Assembly: GCA_036149055.1 (NCBI GenBank)
Contig: JAYZQJ010000128.1
Coordinates: 64,001 to 128,000 of the forward strand
Direction: 5' to 3'
Source: Myxococcota bacterium
GTDB lineage: Bacteria; Myxococcota_A; Polyangia; Polyangiales; Sandaracinaceae
DNA length: 64,000 nucleotides
Every line of letters starts with the position of its first letter. The first letter of the stretch is position 1. Positions 49,899-64,000 of the stretch are shown here, in pieces. The notes under the pieces are model-generated. The model had not been told where the DNA came from, made no database searches, and saw only the letters and a program-made list of their open reading frames with translations. The translations under genes and the position numbers were made by a program.

Positions 49899-51752
49899 GT
49901 GACGCGGTTCATCGAAGAGCTGAAGCGAACGCACACCTGTGGCGAGCTGAGGCTTTCGGACGCCGATTCCGAGGCCGTGCTGATGGGCTGGGTGCAGCGC
50001 CAGCACGATCGGGGCGGCGTGATCTTCGTGGACCTTCGCGACCGCGACGGGATCACCCAGGTCACCTTCGACAAGCAGGTCTCGAGCGAGGCGTTCGAGA
50101 CGGCGTCGAAGCTCCGCAGCGAGTACGTCATCGCCGTGCGCGGCAAGGTGCGCGACCGCGGTGAGCAGCGGAACGACAAGGTCCCCACCGGCGCGGTCGA
50201 GGTCCTCGCGCAGGAGATCGAGATCCTCAACACGGCCGAGACGCCCGTCTTCCCCATCCAGGACGACGTGAACGCGACCGAGGAGACGCGGCTCAAGTAC
50301 CGCTACCTCGATCTGCGCCGGCCGACCCTGCAGAAGAACCTGAAGACGCGGGCGAAGGCCTACTACGAGATCCGCAACCACTTCGCGGAGCACGGCTTCC
50401 TCGAGATCGAGACGCCGTTCATGGTGAAGTACACGCCCGGCGGCGCGCGGAACTTCCTGGTCCCGTCGCGCTTCCACCCCGGCAAGTTCTACGCGATGGC
50501 CGAGAGCCCGCAGCTCTTCAAGCAGCTGCTGATGGTCGCCGGCTACGAGAAGTACTTCCAGATCACGCGCTGCTTCCGCGACGAGGACCTGCGCGGCGAC
50601 CGGCAGCCCGAGTTCACCCAGATCGACGTCGAGATGAGCTTCGTCACCCAGGACGACGTCTTCGACATCTGCGAGAAGCTCGTCTTCCGGCTCTGGAAGA
50701 GCGTGCTCGGCGTCGACCTGAGCGAGCGCTACCCGGACGGCACCTTCCCCCGGATGCGCTTCGAGGACTCGATGCGCCGCTACGGCAACGACAAGCCCGA
50801 CCTCCGCTTCGGGCTCGAGCACGTGGACCTCACGGAGCTGACGGTCGAGCACGGCGGCGGCGGCATCACGTTCATGGAGCCGCTGGCCAAGAAGTTCCAG
50901 GACGGGACCTACCGCCTCGACCTGCCGGAGGAGATCGTCAAGGCGATCCGGGTGCCGGCCGAGCACGCGATGAGCCGCAAGCAGGTCGACGAGCTCGAGG
51001 GCTTCGTGAAGCAGATGGGCGCGGGCGGCCTCGGCCGCGCGAAGGTCGCCGAGGACGGCGGCTGGACGCAGAGCCCCTTCGCCAAGCAGATCACCGACGA
51101 GTTCCGCGTCGCGATCAACGAGGCGGTGGGCGCGGAGAGCGGCGACCTGATCCTCATCATGTTCGGCGAGGAGCAGCTCGTTCACACCTGCATGGCGAAC
51201 CTCCGCCTCCACCTCGGCAAGAAGCTCGGCATGATCCCCGAGGTCGGGACCGGCGGCGATCTCTCGTTCCTGTGGGTGGTCGACCCGCCCCTCTTCGAGC
51301 GCGGTGAGAACGGCGGCTGGGTCGCCGCCCACCACCCCTTCACCCGGCCTCACGACGACTGCGTGGCGCTGATCGACGAGGACCCGGGCAAGGTCCTCTG
51401 CTACCGCTACGACCTCGTGCTCAACGGCGTCGAGATCGCGGGCGGCTCGATCCGTCTGCACGACTCCGAGGTGCAGAAGAAGGTCTTCGGCGCGATCGGG
51501 CTGAGCGACGAGGAGGCGAAGGAGAAGTTCTCGTTCCTCCTCGAGGCGCTCCGCTTCGGCGCCCCGCCCCACGGCGGCATCGCCTTCGGCCTCGACCGGC
51601 TGATCATGCTGATGGCCGAGACGCAGTCGCTCCGCGACGTGCTCGCGTTCCCCAAGACCGCGAGCGGCAACGACCTGATGACCGGCGCCCCGGGCCCGGT
51701 CGACGACGCCCAGCTCGCCGAGCTGAAGGTGACGTCCACCGCCAAGAAGTAG
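49899..51752 (+). CDS. aspS: Aspartate--tRNA ligase (bacterial type)
   Basis: RTHTCGEL, RLKYRYLDLRR, SPQLFKQLLM, CFRDEDLRGDRQPEFTQID, GAPPHGGIAFGLDR. Confidence 0.98.
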   Translation: MTRFIEELKRTHTCGELRLSDADSEAVLMGWVQRQHDRGGVIFVDLRDRDGITQVTFDKQVSSEAFETASKLRSEYVIAVRGKVRDRGEQRNDKVPTGAVEVLAQEIEILNTAETPVFPIQDDVNATEETRLKYRYLDLRRPTLQKNLKTRAKAYYEIRNHFAEHGFLEIETPFMVKYTPGGARNFLVPSRFHPGKFYAMAESPQLFKQLLMVAGYEKYFQITRCFRDEDLRGDRQPEFTQIDVEMSFVTQDDVFDICEKLVFRLWKSVLGVDLSERYPDGTFPRMRFEDSMRRYGNDKPDLRFGLEHVDLTELTVEHGGGGITFMEPLAKKFQDGTYRLDLPEEIVKAIRVPAEHAMSRKQVDELEGFVKQMGAGGLGRAKVAEDGGWTQSPFAKQITDEFRVAINEAVGAESGDLILIMFGEEQLVHTCMANLRLHLGKKLGMIPEVGTGGDLSFLWVVDPPLFERGENGGWVAAHHPFTRPHDDCVALIDEDPGKVLCYRYDLVLNGVEIAGGSIRLHDSEVQKKVFGAIGLSDEEAKEKFSFLLEALRFGAPPHGGIAFGLDRLIMLMAETQSLRDVLAFPKTASGNDLMTGAPGPVDDAQLAELKVTSTAKK

Positions 51753-51761
51753 CCCTCGCGA

Positions 51762-52871
51762 TCACCTCCGCGGGACGCCGCGGAGGTGATCGACGATCGC
51801 CTCGAGCTGGGCGAGCTGACGGCCGGCGCGGCCCGGGGCCCAGACGTCGAGAGGCGGATCGCCGAGGCGGCGCAGGACGTCGTCGAGCGAGCCGACGCGC
51901 GCGTCGATCTGGTTCGAGTACACGTGCTTGACGCTCAGCGCGGGCGTCTCGACGCCGAGGGCCCGCAGCGCGTCACACGCCGGCTGCGTCCAGGCGAGCA
52001 CCGCGTCGCCCGGACGGATCACCGCGGCCAGCCCCTCGAGCGCCTCGGCCGGGGTCAACGGCGGGGTCTCGGCCAACGCGCCGAGCGCCATGTTGGCGAC
52101 GCGCGAGGGGCTCGGCGGGAGCGGGCTCGAGAGCAGCGCGTCGAAGCGCGCCTCTCCGCGACACGCCGTCACCCGGAGCGGGAAGCGCTCGGTCTGCCCG
52201 CGCGGCTGATGCAGCTCGACGTGCGCGAGCGCGACGCGAGACGGGACGAGGTGGAAGGGCTCGGGCAGCGGCTTGCGGGCCCGCGGCTTCGCCCGGGTGC
52301 GCGGGGAGTAGGCGTGGCGCGACCGCGTGGTGAGCTGGTCGTCGATCATCGTCTCGAAGGAGTCGACCAGCGCGTCGATCCCCTCCGTCTCGGGCTCGAG
52401 CACGCGGAGGGCGCGCGCGATCGCCTCGATGGTCGAGATGGCCTCGTCGCTCGGCTCGCGCCGGATGCGGTAGCGGCTCGGCGGCCCGGGCGGGAGGGTG
52501 ACCGCGCGGAGCGGCGCCAGCGCGGGGTGATTCCGGCGGAGCTGCGAGGCGTGCGCCCAGGTGCCGTCGATCACCACCAGGTGCGCCGGGCGCTCCGCGG
52601 GCGAGAGCGCGTCGAGCGGCGCCGCGTCGGGGTCGGGGAAGAGCACCGCCGCGTCCGGTGGCACGTCGAGCGGATCGGTGGGCTCGACCACGTGCAGCGC
52701 CAGGTTCGACAGCCCGAGCCGCGCGATCCGAGCGGTGCCGAAGGGGTGGCGCCGCTCCCGCGGGTGCTGCACGAGGGTGAGCGCGGTGCGGTTCTGGACC
52801 GTGGGCACGCGGTCGCAGATGCACAGGCTCTCGACCTTGTCGCAGCGGTAGCAGTGCGGGCGCGGCTCCAC
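51762..52871 (-). CDS. DTW-domain protein (TapT-like tRNA acp transferase) with C-terminal extension
   Basis: CYRC...C.C, QHPRE, IDGTW, YRIRR, STIEA. Confidence 0.85.
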   Translation of the reverse strand: MEPRPHCYRCDKVESLCICDRVPTVQNRTALTLVQHPRERRHPFGTARIARLGLSNLALHVVEPTDPLDVPPDAAVLFPDPDAAPLDALSPAERPAHLVVIDGTWAHASQLRRNHPALAPLRAVTLPPGPPSRYRIRREPSDEAISTIEAIARALRVLEPETEGIDALVDSFETMIDDQLTTRSRHAYSPRTRAKPRARKPLPEPFHLVPSRVALAHVELHQPRGQTERFPLRVTACRGEARFDALLSSPLPPSPSRVANMALGALAETPPLTPAEALEGLAAVIRPGDAVLAWTQPACDALRALGVETPALSVKHVYSNQIDARVGSLDDVLRRLGDPPLDVWAPGRAGRQLAQLEAIVDHLRGVPRR

Positions 52872-52889
52872 GCGCGGAGCCTGCCTCGA

Positions 52890-53765
52890 TCACCGCGGGA
52901 CGTCGACATGCGCGACCGCGTGGCAGACGTCCTCCTCCGCCAGCAGCCGCGCCTCCACCCGCTCGCCGATGTCGTGGGCCTCGCGCACGGTCAGCGTCGG
53001 GTCGACGACGACGTTCACGTGCACGTCCAGCTCCAGCCCGTGATGGCGCGCGCGGAGCTGGTGCGTGGAGAGCACGCCCTCGGTCCCCGCCGCGATCGCG
53101 CGCAGCGCCTCGATCCGCTCGGGCGGCGGCGCCTGGCCCATCAGGAGGGCGATGTTCTCCCGCGCGAGATCGAAGCCGGCCCACCCGACCCAGAGGGCGA
53201 CCGGGATCGCGAGCCACGCGTCCAGGCTCGGCCAGCCGTAGCGCGCGGCGAACCAGCCGCCGACGGCGATCAGACCGACGAGCACGTCGTTGCGCGCGTC
53301 GACCTGGAGGGCGTGGAGCGCGGGGCTGGGCTGGTCCCGGCGCCGGCGAGCCGCGGCGAAGGCGACGGCGCCCTTGAAGAGGACCTTGGCCACGAAGACC
53401 GCGAGCAGCGGCACGTCGAGCGTGGGGCGCGCCCCGCTCAGGAGCGCCGCGGCCGCGTCCCGGAGCACCTCGACCGCGAGCACGCCCGCGATCACCGCCG
53501 CCATCAGCGCCGCGATCGGCTCGGCGCGCTGGTGCCCGAAGGGGTGATCGTCGTCCGGGGGCTGCGCCGCGACCCGCATCGAGACGAGGAGCGCCACCGC
53601 GGTGAAGACGTCGGAGAAGCTGTCGGCCGCCTGCGCGAGCGCGAGCCGGCTGTCGTAGAGCACGTAGGCGGCGCCGAGCGCGGCGAGCACCACCACGCTG
53701 CCGACCGTGCTCGCGAGCACGACCCGCGAGGCGCTCCGATCGACCCGGGGATGCTCGTCCAGCAC
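52890..53765 (-). CDS. Cation diffusion facilitator transporter
   Basis: ADSFSD, PPDDDHPFGHQRAE, DARND, EAHDI, HVD. Confidence 0.93.
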   Translation of the reverse strand: MLDEHPRVDRSASRVVLASTVGSVVVLAALGAAYVLYDSRLALAQAADSFSDVFTAVALLVSMRVAAQPPDDDHPFGHQRAEPIAALMAAVIAGVLAVEVLRDAAAALLSGARPTLDVPLLAVFVAKVLFKGAVAFAAARRRRDQPSPALHALQVDARNDVLVGLIAVGGWFAARYGWPSLDAWLAIPVALWVGWAGFDLARENIALLMGQAPPPERIEALRAIAAGTEGVLSTHQLRARHHGLELDVHVNVVVDPTLTVREAHDIGERVEARLLAEEDVCHAVAHVDVPR

Positions 53766-53810
53766 GACTCCGGGAGACTTATCTCCCGGGCCCTGGCGCG
53801 CAATCGGGCG

Positions 53811-55268
53811 TCAGTCCTCGGCTGGCCACCACCAGTCGTAGGGCGACATGTGGTCGCAGCGAGGGCACAGGGTGTCGTCGAAGACCTCCTCGCAGCGCGG
53901 GCACTGGCCGCCGTGCTCGAAGGTGTTGAACGCCTCGCCCTCGCAGGCGTGGCACTGCCAGTGATGCGCGCCGTCCGGGATCCAGGCGCAGCAGGGACAC
54001 TTCACGCCGCGCTCGACGTAGCGGGGATCGGCGTCGGCCTGGTCGCCGGCGATGGCGCCGCTGAAGGTGGCCACGTCCCTCATGCGCTCGAGCGCGGCGA
54101 GGTGGCTCTCGTCGGGGCCGATCGCGCCGCGGATCGCGCCGCCGCACCCCGGACAGACCTCGGACGCCGCGCGCAGCGGGGTCTCGCAGTGCGAGCAGAT
54201 GTCGCCGCGGCGGATGCGCTTGCCGAGGAAGTAGGCGGCCACGGTGAGCACCGGGAGCACGAAGAGCGCGGCCCGGATCACCGTCGACGACCCGGAGATC
54301 AGCGCGGCGACGAAGCCGAAGATCGAGAGGAAGCCCGCGCTGGTGGCCAGGCTCCAGCCGCGGTGCTGACGGCGACGGAGGACGGGGCGGCCGGCGTTGA
54401 CCGCCCTCTCCGGCGGAGGCGGCGTGGGCGGACGCCAGCCGTCGTCGACCAGCGGCTCCGGCGGCGCGGTCTCCTCGTCGGGCCAGCCGTCGGGCGGCGG
54501 CAGCCCGAGCGCGTCGAGGAGCGCGTCACGGTCCCCGGAGAGCTCGGTCACGAAGCCATCGAGCCAGCGCGCCTCGTTCGGGCCGAGGTGAGCCCGGTAG
54601 CGGGCCAGACGCTCGGCTTCGACGTCGCGCGCGACGAGCTGCGCGGCGAGGAGGAAGCACGCCTCGTCGGGGGCCAGCGCGCCGAGGCAGCGGTGGACCC
54701 AGCGGGTGACCGCCACGTAGCCGGTCATCTCTCCTTCGGCGCGGTAGACGTGGGCGCCCTTGGCCACCAGCAGCCCGAAGCCGAGGTAGCAGGCGGTGAG
54801 CGAGACCTCCTCCTCCAGCTCCTCGTCCGGGATCGCCTCGGCGTCCTCGAAGGCCGGCGCGCGGTAGGGGTGCTGGACCGGCCCGCTCCGGAGCTCGCGG
54901 TAGATGCGCGCCGCCTCGTGGGCCAGCGTCAGCGGCACGTCCTCGGCCGGCCCCTCCGCGTAGACGTGCAGGTCCACCCCGCGCTCGTCGAGCCCGGCGA
55001 CCACGCAGACGGTCTCGGCCAGCCGATCGAGCCCCGGCCGCGCCTGACCCTCGACGTCCACCTCGAGCCCGCCGAGGCCGGCGTAGGTGAGGAGGCGACG
55101 CATCACCGTGCGCACGCCCCGCAGGTCCGGCGTGTAGGCGTCGGGGAAGCCGCGATCGCTGGGCTCGACGATCGGCGCCGCGACCCAGGACTCGTGGCCC
55201 CACCGCGCGATGAGCCCGCGCATCCGGTCCAGCAGCTGCGCGCGCTCGTCTTGCCCCAGCTCGGTCAT
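53811..55268 (-). CDS. Membrane protein with degenerate zincin-like domain and two Zn-ribbon domains
   Basis: LAHEAAR, YLGFG; 2 TM; CSHC/CPGC; C-terminal CPCC, CHAC, CPRC, CPRC. Confidence 0.7.
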   Translation of the reverse strand: MTELGQDERAQLLDRMRGLIARWGHESWVAAPIVEPSDRGFPDAYTPDLRGVRTVMRRLLTYAGLGGLEVDVEGQARPGLDRLAETVCVVAGLDERGVDLHVYAEGPAEDVPLTLAHEAARIYRELRSGPVQHPYRAPAFEDAEAIPDEELEEEVSLTACYLGFGLLVAKGAHVYRAEGEMTGYVAVTRWVHRCLGALAPDEACFLLAAQLVARDVEAERLARYRAHLGPNEARWLDGFVTELSGDRDALLDALGLPPPDGWPDEETAPPEPLVDDGWRPPTPPPPERAVNAGRPVLRRRQHRGWSLATSAGFLSIFGFVAALISGSSTVIRAALFVLPVLTVAAYFLGKRIRRGDICSHCETPLRAASEVCPGCGGAIRGAIGPDESHLAALERMRDVATFSGAIAGDQADADPRYVERGVKCPCCAWIPDGAHHWQCHACEGEAFNTFEHGGQCPRCEEVFDDTLCPRCDHMSPYDWWWPAED

Positions 55269-55306
55269 CGCCTCCCCGGTGTGCCTGTCGCCGGGGAGGC
55301 CGTCAA

Positions 55307-64000
<8,694 letters not shown>

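Overview
A very GC-rich window with about 55 CDSs. The gene content (Ser/Thr kinases, MYXO-CTERM tails, Cys-rich lipoproteins with D-A/S-G linkers) points to a myxobacterium, probably Polyangiales/Sandaracinaceae-like; that taxon is inferred. Recognisable genes are pdxS-pdxT with a MocR/PdxR-type regulator, aspS, ampG with an AmiE-like hydrolase, a pssA-like transferase, a fatty-acid desaturase, a DTW protein, transporters, two-component systems and three Ser/Thr kinases. The top candidate for a new system is the >2,890-codon ORF at the right end. It reads as two surface proteins in one frame: a VWA tip with about 20 Cys/Asp repeats and a MYXO-CTERM anchor, followed directly by a second signal peptide with a lipobox, about 18 repeats and an FGE-sulfatase/lamin-tail tip. 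A candidate -1 frameshift signal sits at the junction. Other notable items are a divergent RAYT/IS200-like HUH transposase bracketed by hairpins, three copies of a ~70-nt palindromic element between convergent genes, a voltage-gated channel with a TLEDWTD filter, a heme c-copper monooxygenase fusion, a Rieske fusion sharing a putative MocR operator with the B6 locus, and an AAC4-like lipoprotein. I saw no rRNA, tRNA or CRISPR array. All calls come from reading motifs by eye, with no database searches, and many starts were trimmed manually from over-extended ORFs.
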